From assembly GCA_963706595.1 (NCBI GenBank), contig OY970166.1, positions 3,232,001 through 3,296,000 of the forward strand: a stretch of DNA of 64,000 nucleotides, given 5' to 3'. Both the position numbers and the translations under genes were made by a program. The notes under the pieces are model-generated. The model was not told where the DNA came from, made no database searches, and saw only the letters and a list, made by a program, of their open reading frames with translations. The stretch is from an uncultured cyanobacterium. Its GTDB lineage: Bacteria; Cyanobacteriota; Cyanobacteriia; Cyanobacteriales; Nostocaceae. How positions within the stretch are numbered: position 1 is the first letter of the stretch; each line of letters starts with the position of its first letter. This document shows positions 43,821 to 54,793 of this stretch, one piece after another.

Positions 43821-44279
43821 CTAACGAGTTCGGGGTTTGACAACAGGTCTGGGTATATTTACAGTTGTGTCTCGCGGTTTAATTTCTGGCGATGGCGCTT
43901 TGCTCATTGCTGAAGGCGATCGCTCTTGCTGATCGTCGTCAGAAGACATTCCCTCTCGTCCCAAACCATTACTGCCGTACATATCCAGGTATACTGATTC
44001 TCCGGCAAATTCTGCTGCGGCTGCAATTACCGTTCTAATCGCCTGAATATTGCGACCCCCTCGACCAAACACTTTCCCCTTATCTTGGCTTTCAAAGGCG
44101 ATGCGAATCCAAACCCGTTTGAGAGTCTGAGAAATTTCACAATCAATACTTAAAGTCTCTGGAGATTCTAAAAATGGCTGCATCAAAAACTTAACTAGCC
44201 CAACATAGTCGGGACTAGCTTGTGAGGATATTATTCCGGCGTTAGGATGCGGTTGTGGCACTGACCTGTTCAAAAACAT
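43821..44279 (-). CDS. KH-domain RNA-binding protein (KhpA-like)
   Basis: [17 protein letters not shown]; directly after rpsP. Confidence 0.9.
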   Translation of the reverse strand: MFLNRSVPQPHPNAGIISSQASPDYVGLVKFLMQPFLESPETLSIDCEISQTLKRVWIRIAFESQDKGKVFGRGGRNIQAIRTVIAAAAEFAGESVYLDMYGSNGLGREGMSSDDDQQERSPSAMSKAPSPEIKPRDTTVNIPRPVVKPRTR

Positions 44280-44502
44280 TGGCTTTTACTAAAATGCTAC
44301 GGACGGTCTCGGTGGGTTGAGCGCCTTGTTGTAGTCGCTTGACGATACCGGGAACATCTAGTCGCACTTCATCAGTTCTGGGGTTATAGAATCCCAGTTC
44401 TTCTAGGGGACGGCCATCGCGGCGAGCAAGGCTATTAATGGCGATAATGCGGTAACTTGGTTCCCGTTTTTTGCCGAATCGCTTCAAGCGCAATTTAATC
44501 AT
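44242..44502 (-). CDS. rpsP: 30S ribosomal protein S16
   Basis: [32 protein letters not shown]. Confidence 0.98.
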   Translation of the reverse strand: MIKLRLKRFGKKREPSYRIIAINSLARRDGRPLEELGFYNPRTDEVRLDVPGIVKRLQQGAQPTETVRSILVKANVFEQVSATTAS

Positions 44503-44607
44503 GGTTGAGGACTGATTCTCCTACTTGTTTGTACCGAAATGACAATTTTAGCACTTGCCTAGCCTTGGCTGCTATGAAATCAGTTAACAGTTAACAGTTA
44601 ACAAATT

Positions 44608-46077
44608 CTACAGAGTGCCGAAGCCCTTTTTCTTTTTATCTTTGTTCTTTTTCTTTTTCGTGGTGCGATCGCCCGTATTATAACCCCGCCAGCCAGGGGC
44701 TGAGGGACGATTATCACCACCGCCAAAAGGATTACCCATGCCGCCGCCGCCAAACATTCCAGGCATTCCCGCCGGCATTTGACCTTGACCCATTTGCTGC
44801 ATGAGAGTTCGCATTTTTTGGAAATCCCCCACTAGCTTACTCACATCCGGCTCTCTGTAACCAGAACCTTTAGCAATGCGCCGCCGCCGACTGGGAGAAC
44901 TTGCTAATAAATCAGGGTCTTGGCGTTCTTGGCGAGTCATAGAGTTAATCATGGACTCGCAGCGCTTAAGCTGAGTTTCTCCCTGCTTCAATTGCTCATC
45001 TGAAATCTTGTTCATTCCGGGAATCAACTTCATGATGCCTCCCAGTGAACCCATATTTTTCAGCATCCGCAACTGTTTGACAAAATCATTAAAGTCAAAC
45101 TTGGCTGACAGGATTTTATCCTGCATTTTCTCAGCATCTGCCAGATCAAATTCTTCCTGGGCTTTTTCCACCAGGGAAAGCACATCACCCATGCCCAGAA
45201 TCCGCGATGCCATGCGCTCAGGATAAAAAGGTTGCAGTGCTTCGACTTTCTCACCTACACCGACAAATTTAATCGGCGCTCCCGAAATCTGTCTGACTGA
45301 TAGCGCTGCACCACCACGGCTATCGCCATCTAATTTGGTCAGAATCGCCCCGGTAATGCCGATTTTTTCATGAAAGGTGCGAGTCAGATTTGCTGCCTCT
45401 TGCCCAGTCATAGAGTCTACGACTAGTAAGGTTTCATGAGGTTGGACAGTAGCTTTAATCCGGGCTAATTCCCCCATCATGTCTTCGTCAATTTGCAGAC
45501 GACCAGCCGTATCAATAATTACTGTATTAAAACCTTCGGCTTTGGCACGTTCCACACCTTGACGGGCAATTTCTACCGGGTCGGCATCGCTGCCCAAATC
45601 AAATACTGGCACGTTAATTTGCTTACCTAACGTTACCAGCTGATCAATAGCGGCTGGGCGATATACGTCTGTGGCGACTAACAAACAGCTACGATCTAAT
45701 TTTCTTAAATGTAAGGCTAATTTAGCGGTAGCTGTGGTTTTACCAGTACCTTGTAACCCAGCCATTAAAACGATTGTGGGCTTTTCCTCGGTTTCCGCCA
45801 GGGGAACATTTTCCGCCCCCATCACCCGCACCAATTCATCGTGAACAATTTTGATGAACTGTTGGTCAGGTCGCACACCAGCCACGACATCAGCACCTTG
45901 GGCTTTGGTTTCGACTTCGCTAATAAAATCTTTAACTACCTGGAGATTGACATCTGCTTCCAATAAGGCGCGGCGCACTTCCCGCAAAGCATCTTGAATA
46001 TTGGATTGAGATATTTTGTCCTGTCCCCGTAGTTTCTTCCAGGCACTTTCTAAACGGTCAGATAAAGCATCAAACAT
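44608..46077 (-). CDS. ffh: Signal recognition particle protein
   Basis: GLQGTGKTT, DTAGR, TKLDGDSRGG, Met-rich M domain. Confidence 0.98.
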   Translation of the reverse strand: MFDALSDRLESAWKKLRGQDKISQSNIQDALREVRRALLEADVNLQVVKDFISEVETKAQGADVVAGVRPDQQFIKIVHDELVRVMGAENVPLAETEEKPTIVLMAGLQGTGKTTATAKLALHLRKLDRSCLLVATDVYRPAAIDQLVTLGKQINVPVFDLGSDADPVEIARQGVERAKAEGFNTVIIDTAGRLQIDEDMMGELARIKATVQPHETLLVVDSMTGQEAANLTRTFHEKIGITGAILTKLDGDSRGGAALSVRQISGAPIKFVGVGEKVEALQPFYPERMASRILGMGDVLSLVEKAQEEFDLADAEKMQDKILSAKFDFNDFVKQLRMLKNMGSLGGIMKLIPGMNKISDEQLKQGETQLKRCESMINSMTRQERQDPDLLASSPSRRRRIAKGSGYREPDVSKLVGDFQKMRTLMQQMGQGQMPAGMPGMFGGGGMGNPFGGGDNRPSAPGWRGYNTGDRTTKKKKNKDKKKKGFGTL

Positions 46078-46430
46078 AATGTAATTACAGGTAGTTCGCC
46101 AATGAGTCAGCCTGAACCGCTCAGTTTAAAAGTTTTTGAGGCGATTCAGAATTTTCGGTAAAATTTTAACGTGCTATTTACAGCTTAATAGTTTTCATGC
46201 CGAGTTGAGCAACCAGATACCGACGATAACTCAATTTATGGTGAGGTTAATTGCTAGAGGTTTCACTTTTAGCGATCGCGTTGCCCGTGATCAAATAGGT
46301 TATGTATCAATTATAACTCATGAACAAGTGTTAAAAGAACTTAGCCATAGTTGCACATAGCAACTTACCACAAGCATCTCCCTCATTGATCAATTACAGT
46401 GAGGGTAAAAAGAGATAATCAAATATCGCT

Positions 46431-47063
46431 ATGATTAGTAACACTCTGATTCAACCAACAGAAATTGTTCATTTATCAGGTATCAGTTGGCAAACTTATG
46501 AAAATTTACTCACTGAACTTAGTAATAGTCGCCGCCTACGACTTACATATAATCGTGGGAATTTAGAAATTATGGTTCCCTCCCCTGAACACGAAAGTTA
46601 CAAAAAAGTCTTGGGTCGATTTGTGGAGACTCTTGCTGAAGAATTAGACGTGAGGATTGAACCCCTTGGTTCTACTACTTTCAAACATCCAGAATTAAGT
46701 GGTGCTGAACCAGATGAATGTTTTTATCTGAAAAATGTTAACCTTATTAAAGGTAAAAAAAGAATTGATTTACAGCAAGATCCGCCACCAGATTTAGTAG
46801 TAGAGATTGATATTACCAGCAGTTATAAAAATCGCTTAGAAGTTTACGCTGATATGGGTGTGCCGGAAATATGGCGATATGATGGTAATGATTTTATTAT
46901 CAATGTTTTGCAAGATAAACAATACATAAATATTGAGCAAAGTTTAGCATTTCCTAATCTGCCACTAACGGAAATTTCTGATTTTCTACAACAGGTTGGC
47001 GAAAAAGATTATTTGGAATTAGTTAAAGAGTTTCGTAACTGGGTTAAAAGCCATCTTCAATGA
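46431..47063 (+). CDS. Uma2-family endonuclease-like protein
   Basis: ISWQTYE, EPDECFY, PPDLVVEID, GVPEIWRYD. Confidence 0.92.
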   Translation: MISNTLIQPTEIVHLSGISWQTYENLLTELSNSRRLRLTYNRGNLEIMVPSPEHESYKKVLGRFVETLAEELDVRIEPLGSTTFKHPELSGAEPDECFYLKNVNLIKGKKRIDLQQDPPPDLVVEIDITSSYKNRLEVYADMGVPEIWRYDGNDFIINVLQDKQYINIEQSLAFPNLPLTEISDFLQQVGEKDYLELVKEFRNWVKSHLQ

Positions 47064-47129
47064 AATAGATGAGGGACATCAATCTTATGACTTGGGTTTA
47101 AAAGAGTTTTTGCGTAAGTCCTGAATCTA

Positions 47130-47621
47130 TTAAATTTCCATAAGCATTTCCATAGTGGTTAAGCGAAAACCACAGGATTTAAATAGCTGTCGGGCGCTTT
47201 CATTAGCTGCTACTGTATCTAATCGAATTTGCTTAATTCCCATTTCTTGGAAGCGTTCAATACTCAGCTTGATTATCTGTGGTGCAATCCCTTTTCTGCG
47301 ATATTCAGGTTCCACCCAGATATCATGAATAAAGGCAAATTCCTGTAAGCTGTAAATTGATATTTCTGGCTCTACTGTTGCGGCTAAAAATGCTACAAGT
47401 TTTCCTTGGTCTTCCGCTACTAAAAATACGCTGCGCTCTTTATGCAGTAGACGGGTTAACCATTTTTCATAATACTGTTCTGGATGCGATGGGCTACGCC
47501 CAGCAGTAGGCGATCGCAAACCATATTTAGCAGCATCCCAAGACTCATGTAAAGCACAAGTTTTTGCTAACATTGGTAAAATTGCGGGTATATCATTTAT
47601 TGTGGCAGAGCGGATTAGCAT
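47130..47621 (-). CDS. GNAT acetyltransferase
   Basis: WVEPEYRRKGIA motif A; NESARQLFKSCGF. Confidence 0.9.
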   Translation of the reverse strand: MLIRSATINDIPAILPMLAKTCALHESWDAAKYGLRSPTAGRSPSHPEQYYEKWLTRLLHKERSVFLVAEDQGKLVAFLAATVEPEISIYSLQEFAFIHDIWVEPEYRRKGIAPQIIKLSIERFQEMGIKQIRLDTVAANESARQLFKSCGFRLTTMEMLMEI

Positions 47622-47696
47622 CGGCTTTCTTTTCCATGCTTGAAAATTGAATTTTTGCGAATTGATGCCAGAGTTGCATCTTCCTAAAGAAGTTTC

Positions 47697-49055
47697 CTAA
47701 TTACAAGATAAATCTTCTACAGCACTGGCTGAATTTGGTAAAGCATCTGTCAAAACTTCCCTGCCTGATTCTGTAACTAAAACATCATCTTCTATCCGTA
47801 GTCCCCGCACATCTGCAAATTCAGCTAAACGCTGCCAATTCACAATATTTTCATATTTTGAGCGCAAGTTAACATCATTTAAAATTGCTGGGACTTGATA
47901 AAATCCCGGTTCAATTGTGACTAACATTCCTGGGCGTAAGGGACGATTTAAACGCAGATAACCTAAACCAAAGCGCGAACTTCTATTTCTTCCTTCTTCA
48001 TACCCCGCTAAATCGCCCAAATCTTCCATATCATGCACATCTAAACCCAATAAATGACCAATTCCATGAGGGAAAAACAGCGCATGGGCATCCATATCAA
48101 CTAAATCTGCGGGATTTCCTTGTAAAATGCCTAAATCTACCAAACCTTCAGCGATGACTGTAGCTGCTAATAAATGAATATCCCCATACTCTACACCAGG
48201 GCTGATTTTGGCAATGCAAGCATCATGAGCCGCCAGGACTACATCATAAATATCTCTTTGGGTAGATGAAAACTTACCAGATACAGGCCAAGTCCGGGTG
48301 ACATCAGCAGCCCAACCCATTGCGGTTTCTGCACCGACATCAGCCAGAATTAAATCACCTGGTTGTAGTGGATGGTGATAATGTTCATTATGCAAAACTT
48401 CGCCGTGGACGGTGACAATACTGTTGTAGGAAGTGGTCATATTTTCACCAATAATCACCGCTTCCATCGCCGCCCGGACTTCTGCTTCTCGTTTGGCTTT
48501 TGATGTCGCTACTATCCCGGCTTTGTGTGCTGCAACAGTTACAGCCGCAGCTTTTCGCAATTCAATTAATGCGCCTGCGTCATGGGTGAGACGGAGGGAA
48601 ATTATGGCTTTGGCTAATTCTAAATCATTTTCTTGGGGCGGTTGTTGTGGTAAAACCCATCTATTTAATAACTGGGTTTGCTGTGTCCAAGTAGCTGCAT
48701 TCTGGACGGGAATTGTGGCTACACCTTCTAGATATGATTCTAATTCTGCCATTGGTCGGGCTGTATCTGCGCCTATTTTCTCGGCTATTTCTTCACGGGT
48801 GGGCATTTCTCCATGCCAAAGGGCGCTGCTGGGTGTGGGATTATCTATGAATAGTTCTAGTTTGCCTGCTTCTAGGCGAATGGCGGCGTTTGGTAATGGT
48901 AAGCCGGCGAAGTAGAGGAAATGGCTACTGGCGCGAAATGGGTAGATGTTGGCGGGGAAGTTGCGGGGGTTGGTGTTTCCTGACCACAGGATTGCGGGAA
49001 AGTTGATCAGGTTGGCTAGTTGTTGTCGGCGTTGGTGTAAGGTTTGTTTGAGCAT
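47697..49055 (-). CDS. pepP: Xaa-Pro aminopeptidase (M24B)
   Basis: DVGAE..ADVTRTW, HGIGHLLGLDVHD, TIEPG, RIEDD. Confidence 0.9.
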   Translation of the reverse strand: MLKQTLHQRRQQLANLINFPAILWSGNTNPRNFPANIYPFRASSHFLYFAGLPLPNAAIRLEAGKLELFIDNPTPSSALWHGEMPTREEIAEKIGADTARPMAELESYLEGVATIPVQNAATWTQQTQLLNRWVLPQQPPQENDLELAKAIISLRLTHDAGALIELRKAAAVTVAAHKAGIVATSKAKREAEVRAAMEAVIIGENMTTSYNSIVTVHGEVLHNEHYHHPLQPGDLILADVGAETAMGWAADVTRTWPVSGKFSSTQRDIYDVVLAAHDACIAKISPGVEYGDIHLLAATVIAEGLVDLGILQGNPADLVDMDAHALFFPHGIGHLLGLDVHDMEDLGDLAGYEEGRNRSSRFGLGYLRLNRPLRPGMLVTIEPGFYQVPAILNDVNLRSKYENIVNWQRLAEFADVRGLRIEDDVLVTESGREVLTDALPNSASAVEDLSCN

Positions 49056-49125
49056 GATTAAACGCAGAGGGGCGCAGAGGTAAGCGCAAAGGTTCGCGGA
49101 GTGGTTGTTTTATTTTAGGTGAGTT

Positions 49126-49923
49126 ATGGGATTGGTGATTTTTCAGGTTGATGCTTTTACGAATAGCTGTTTTGCGGGGAATCCGGCGGCTGTTTGTGTT
49201 TTGTCTGAGTGTCGGGATGATGGCTGGATGCAAAATGTGGCGCAGGAGATGAATTTGTCGGAGACGGCTTTTTTGCTGCGACAAGATGATGGTTTTAGTC
49301 TGCGTTGGTTTACTCCGACTGTGGAAGTTCCTCTGTGTGGTCACGCAACTTTGGCTAGCGCTCATGTACTTTGGTCTGAGGGGTATTTGTTACCGGATGA
49401 GGTGGCGCGTTTTTTTACTAAAAGTGGTGTTTTGATTGCTGAATGTTTGGGTGAGTGGATTTCTTTAGATTTTCCGGTGAATTTATCTCAGGAAATGGTT
49501 GTACCTGCGGAATTAGGCGAGGCTTTGGGTGTACCTTGTAAGTCTGTGCTGCAAAATTCTCTGGGGTATTTGGTGGAGGTGGAGTCTGAGGATTTGGTAC
49601 GACAAATGCAGCCGAATTTTCAGCTATTGAAAAAATTACCTGTGGCTGATGTGATTGTGACTAGCCAAACTCACGCAGATTCAGAATATGATTTTGTTTC
49701 TCGCTTTTTTGCACCAGGATTAGGTATAGATGAAGACCCTGTGACTGGGGCGGCTCATTGTTGTCTGGCGGCTTTCTGGCGCGATCGCCTGCATAAAGAT
49801 GAGTTTTTGGCATTTCAAGCCTCTCAGCGCGGTGGAGTGGTGAAGGTGCGCTATTCAGGAGGCGATCGCGTGTTACTCTCTGGACAAGCAGTAACTGTAA
49901 TGCGGGGTGAATTAATGAGTTAA
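49126..49923 (+). CDS. PhzF-family isomerase
   Basis: VDAF..GNPAAV, EMNLSETAF, EVPLCGHATLA, EDPVTGAA. Confidence 0.93.
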   Translation: MGLVIFQVDAFTNSCFAGNPAAVCVLSECRDDGWMQNVAQEMNLSETAFLLRQDDGFSLRWFTPTVEVPLCGHATLASAHVLWSEGYLLPDEVARFFTKSGVLIAECLGEWISLDFPVNLSQEMVVPAELGEALGVPCKSVLQNSLGYLVEVESEDLVRQMQPNFQLLKKLPVADVIVTSQTHADSEYDFVSRFFAPGLGIDEDPVTGAAHCCLAAFWRDRLHKDEFLAFQASQRGGVVKVRYSGGDRVLLSGQAVTVMRGELMS

Positions 49924-49938
49924 CCCACATTCTGCACT

Positions 49939-51172
49939 TCAATATGCACTATTAGTTATGTATCTGCTTACCAAGCGTATAGGTCGGATTAAGTAGTATA
50001 GGAAAGAAAGACTAGATGGCAATGGAAAAGATTCTCGGTCTGCTTGATTAGTACCAGTGATTAACAGGCTGATTGTAAAACTCAAAAATTGCCACACCAG
50101 ATAAACACGATCTGGCATTCTGCTGAGTGGCCCTCTGACCATCAATTGCTGAAAAAAAAGTTTAATCAACCGTGGAGTTTTAACTTCTGTGAACAGTCTG
50201 TTTCTGCATCCGCACAGTATAAATTAAAGTTGTTGGATCGATTTGAATCTGTTTTTGAATAGCTTGCTTGACTTGATCTGGTAATGGGACATTCAGGATA
50301 GTGTTAACTATCAACAGACTAATAAAAAAGGGTCTTTCGAGTTCCAGACTGTTTACTTTCTGCAATAATTTTTCCCAATCAAATCTCTGTTGAATACGCA
50401 ATAATTCAGCTAAATCGCAAATCTGAGCCAAAGACGCTTTACTTTCATTAATTCCTCTGGCAATTTGTACAGCGAGGATTATTAACAAATCATCACAAGA
50501 GAATTCGATGATAGATTCACCTTTGAGTGTTAAAGACCTGCTTCGTTGCCACAAAGTTTCAAAATCAGGAAGTTTAAAAGGGAAGTAAGATAAGGGAGTC
50601 AATTCATAGTGAATATCCACCACTATTTCTGGTTTCTGGCTATGGACAAAAGTTTGTTGCCAACCATAGTGGTCAACTTCTAGTTTATATTTCTGAGCAA
50701 TCAATAATTCTTGAGCTTTGACTACATCCTCTTGTTTTACCAGAATATCTAGGTCGCTAAATTGTCTCATGGCTAAATTGCCATAAATAGAAATAGCTAA
50801 AACAAGACCCTTAAAAGGAATTGCCCGAATTTTGTGAGCTTCAAAAAGCTTAAGGATGTTAAGCAATTCGTGGCTCAAAAATAAGTTGCGACTAGCATTA
50901 GTGTGATAATGATTCTGAAGCTGAGTTAAAACTTTTTTGGGAATAGCTTCTTTCCCAGTGGTCTTGAGACTCTGGTACAGGAGTGGTATCGTCCCATGAT
51001 GTGCTGCAACTTGCATGAGATATGTCCAGTCTATATTTTGCTGGAGTATGGTATTAATTCGCTCTGCGGTTTCGGGGTCTATATGAGTTCGGGTACAACA
51101 CAGAAGTAGCTCAATTTCCGGACGGCTAACCTTTTTTTGTAATTGAGTAAGAGGCTTGTTTAAGGTCATCAT
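49939..51172 (-). pseudogene. Nucleotidyltransferase (NTP_transf_5-like), frameshifted near the C-terminus
   Basis: FKGLVLA..RQFSDLDILV and VDIH in 50180-51172; the family-type tail LSFLYYLIRPIRL is in another frame (49939-50169); removing 1 nt near 50200 fuses the two. Confidence 0.75.
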
Positions 51173-51179
51173 AAATTAC

Positions 51180-52996
51180 TTATTTATAGTGTTGAGCTTG
51201 AGTTTCAAACAATTGTGCATAGCAACCACCCAGATTTATTAGTTCTTCATGGGTGCCGCTTTCCATAATTGAACCGTTTGCCATCACGTAGATACAGTCA
51301 GCCATTCTGACGGTTGATAAGCGATGGCTAATCAGAATAGCAGCTTGATTTTTAATCAGTTGGCGGAAATTCTGAAACACCTCTTCTTCGGCTTTCGGGT
51401 CTAAAGCACTAGTTGGTTCATCCAACACAATTAACTGTGAATCTCGCAAAAATGCCCTGGCCAAAGCGATTTTTTGCCACTGACCGATGCTCAATTCTTC
51501 CCCTTGTTCAAACAATTTACCGAGTATGGTGTCGTAACCTTGAGGGAGCTTGCTGATGACATCATCAGCACCGGAACGACGAGCAGCAGCAATGATTTTG
51601 TCGTGAGTGAATGGCAGATTGATATTTGCCATCCTAATATTTTCTTTAGCAGTCAGATGATATTTTGTATAATCTTGAAAAATTACGCTAATTTGACTGC
51701 GGAGGGCAGCAATTTCAAATTGACGTAAATCTATGCCATCAATGGTAATACTACCAAGGGTAGGATCGTATAAACGACACAAAAGTTTAATTAAAGTAGT
51801 CTTACCAGAGCCGTTTTCTCCTACTAACGCGACAACTTCTCCTGGGCGAATAGTCAGATTAATATCCTCAAGTGCCTGACGCTTCGTATTTGCATATTGA
51901 AAGCTGACATGATTAAACAAAATACCATTTTGCATTGGCATGGGAAAAGGTTTTGGATTTAACGGTTCTGTAACCTTTGGTTTCAAGTTAGAAATTCATA
52001 TAAGTTGGTGAGAAATAGGTTGTCTTCATATAAACCAGACAAACCACCCAAGAGACTTTTCAGGTCATTTTGTCCCCGTTGCAATGCTTGGTAATAAAGG
52101 ACTAAATCACCGAAGCGGATAGTACCTTGCATAGTTTGATAAATAATAAAACCATAGGCAGCAAAAACTAAAGTTGTCGCCGTTGCTTGAGCGCCAAGAT
52201 TAGACACAGATTGTCTTTTGATCATAGCTATGTTTTCTTGGTATATTTGTCGGCGCAAACGCAAATACCACTGACTAAAGAAAGAACCCAAATCAAACAA
52301 GCGAATTTCTTTAGCGTGTTGCTCTGTAGTTAGTATCCGGCTCAAGTATCCTGCTTGCCTTTCCTGGGCTGTCTTTTGACGCTGCCAATGATACATAATA
52401 CCGGAGTATTTCACCCGCACCACCATCGCCGGAATCGCAGCAATAAATAAGATAACTCCTATTCCCCAATGCAATGACAGTAGTAACGCCAGCATCGCCA
52501 CCAAAGAGATACTACTCAAACCCAGCCATCCCAAACGATGTAGGATTTGCCCCGGTCGAGAAGGAGCTTCTTTTTGCGCTCGCTGCAAGGCATCATAATA
52601 GTCAGAGTTCTCGTAATACTCCAGGTCTACCTCAATTGATTTAGCATGGAGGATGTTTTGCATATAGTCGGTGAGTCGCTGAGATTGGGCAGCATACACC
52701 ACTTCAGTCAGGGAAGAACATACGGTAGTCACTAGGGTGATAGCAGCAAAGAAGCCAAGCAAAAGTAATACTCGACTAAAGGCTGCTTCTTTGTCGGCAA
52801 GATTCACACTGGCGGCTACTGTATCTACAATGAGTTTGGTGAGGTAGAGAGAAAGTAAAGGTAATAAACCTTGAATCAATAAAAGTGCCACGAAAGCAAT
52901 AGTCAAACGAGGACTACTGTTCCAAACTAAGCGCAAGGCAGGCAGAATACGTAAGCTTTGCTGGATTTTATATCTTAAGGTTTTACCTGCTTTCAT
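51180..52996 (-). pseudogene. ABC exporter split by a 1-nt frameshift
   Basis: TM half (51983-52996) and ATPase half (GENGSGKTT, LSIGQWQ, LDEPT) abut at TTT CTA ACT TGA AAC; adding one base restores YEFL-x-LKPKV. Confidence 0.8.
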
Positions 52997-52999
52997 ATT

Positions 53000-53443
53000 T
53001 TAAATACACTCTTTTGTAAAAGATGCCATTTGGCTAAAATGAGAAAGGTCTGCAACCTTGCCAATTACAACCTGTCCCTGATTTTCTAACCACGCATGAG
53101 CCTTTAACTCTCCTTCTTGACCTTTGGCAACACCAATGCAGAGATTAGATGTATAACCGTGGCGACTCATGAAAAACTGGCAAGTTAAGGCACGCGCCAG
53201 ACACTTGACACCAGGCATATAATGACTGCTCACTTCAACAGCCCAGATGATTTTGTCAATAGAGATGTGGTATTTTTCTTGGCATTTAGGTTTGGTGTTA
53301 CTTAGCCTCAATAGAAGTTGATGCAAGGTTTTAAATGACAGCAACCACAAACCTAATCTAACTAATGTCAATATAATAAAAGTGCTAATTAAAAGCTGTT
53401 TTTTTTGATAATCTAATTGGAAAAACTTAGATAAATGCTTCAT
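53000..53443 (-). CDS. Lasso peptide B2 leader peptidase (transglutaminase-like)
   Basis: KCLARAL catalytic Cys, IGV..AHAW His motif; 147 aa. Confidence 0.9.
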   Translation of the reverse strand: MKHLSKFFQLDYQKKQLLISTFIILTLVRLGLWLLSFKTLHQLLLRLSNTKPKCQEKYHISIDKIIWAVEVSSHYMPGVKCLARALTCQFFMSRHGYTSNLCIGVAKGQEGELKAHAWLENQGQVVIGKVADLSHFSQMASFTKECI

Positions 53444-53834
53444 TCTTATTTAGATATTTGATGATTTTTTTATTGACAATGCAGTTTTGATTTTCTAAAT
53501 CTTCAGCAGATAGAGTCAACCGTGGTTTTGAATAATTATCATTGTTGTTCAAAGATGATGCAATAAAAAAATTAATAGCCGACTCTGCTGACCACTGAGG
53601 ATGAAAGTCTAAACATGAAGATATCTTGGAAATATCAGCTTGTGAATGTTGAATATCTCCTGCACGAGGAGAAACGAAATTAATTTCTGGTTGCCATTGC
53701 GGAAAATGATTTTTGAGAATATCAATCAACTGCACTAAAGAAGTAGATGTTCCAGTTCCTAGACCTTCTGATCACAATTTTTCTGTAAGATGAGAGCCAA
53801 TAAATCCGGCTCCGCCAGTGACAATAAAATGCAT
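53427..53834 (-). pseudogene. NAD-dependent sugar epimerase/dehydratase remnant
   Basis: Reads MHFIVTGGAGFIGSHLTEKL*SEG-LGTGTSTSL..PRAGDIQHSQADISK: Rossmann start, in-frame TGA, then direct junction to the C-terminal part with the middle missing. Confidence 0.85.
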
Positions 53835-53838
53835 GATC

Positions 53839-54780
53839 TTAAATTTGCTCAGTAGATATAGATAATTGCAACTCCTCATACCTAGCGGTTTCACCCCGCA
53901 TTTCTCGATAGCAATGCAAAACTCTACGCGCTTGCTCTATTTGATGATTTTGAATATGTAAATTGGCAAGTCCGAGGTAGATATCGTAAAAGTAAGGATC
54001 GAGAAAATTCATAGGAAAATTTAGTAATTCTGGATTGCGACCAATGACTTTTTCCTTAGTACGCAGGTAGTCAACGAACATCTGCTCTTTATCTTGACAA
54101 ATACTATTTGGCGATTGCCGATAACGTGTTAAGGGTTGGTTTAAAAAGTAAATCGGGAATTTTTCAATCACACGCAGCCATAAATCATAATCTCCACAAA
54201 TTCTCACAGTTTCATCAAACAAACCCACTTGATCTAAACAGTCTCGACGCACAACAACCGTTAGGACTGGAATGTAGTTGTATCTAAAGAGAGTCCATAA
54301 TACCTGAAGATTAGGGGTAGGAAATTCTGTATTGTACGAACCTGGAAACAAACCCCGTTGATCAGAAAAAAAGAGTGCATCTGAATAGATCAAACCAATG
54401 CGTGGATTGGCTTCCAAGACGGAAATCTGTTTTTCTAACTTCTGAGGTTCCCAGAGGTCATCATCATCTAAAAAGGCGATATACTTCCCTTTAGCAGAGC
54501 GAATTCCAGCATTGCGAGCGGCAGATAATCCTTGATTGGTTTGATGAATGGCGGTAATGTGATGATGATCGCTAAATTGAGCGAGGACTTGGGGAGTATT
54601 GTCCTGAGAACCATCGTTGATGACAATAATTTCGTAGTCTTTGTAGGTTTGTGCCAAAACGCTGTTAATTGCCTGACTGACAAGATTGCCACGCTGGTAA
54701 GTAGGAATAATAACACTGACGGTTGGCTTAAAAACTTGCATATTAAAAAATTTCCTTAGTAAATATAGGCAGATATTCAA
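53839..54780 (-). CDS. Glycosyltransferase family 2
   Basis: VSVIIPTY, INDGS, ARNAGI, FLDDDD; likely start at MQVFK. Confidence 0.92.
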   Translation of the reverse strand: MNICLYLLRKFFNMQVFKPTVSVIIPTYQRGNLVSQAINSVLAQTYKDYEIIVINDGSQDNTPQVLAQFSDHHHITAIHQTNQGLSAARNAGIRSAKGKYIAFLDDDDLWEPQKLEKQISVLEANPRIGLIYSDALFFSDQRGLFPGSYNTEFPTPNLQVLWTLFRYNYIPVLTVVVRRDCLDQVGLFDETVRICGDYDLWLRVIEKFPIYFLNQPLTRYRQSPNSICQDKEQMFVDYLRTKEKVIGRNPELLNFPMNFLDPYFYDIYLGLANLHIQNHQIEQARRVLHCYREMRGETARYEELQLSISTEQI

Positions 54781-54793
54781 ATTACTGGTGTTG

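Noticed and set aside
46136..46360. 74-aa ORF upstream of the Uma2 gene
   Set aside because: Non-ATG start, no RBS or motif; lies in the divergent ffh promoter region.
48433..49365. Antisense or overlapping ORFs of 146-160 aa, and similar shadow ORFs elsewhere
   Set aside because: They overlap well-supported genes and show no family motifs.
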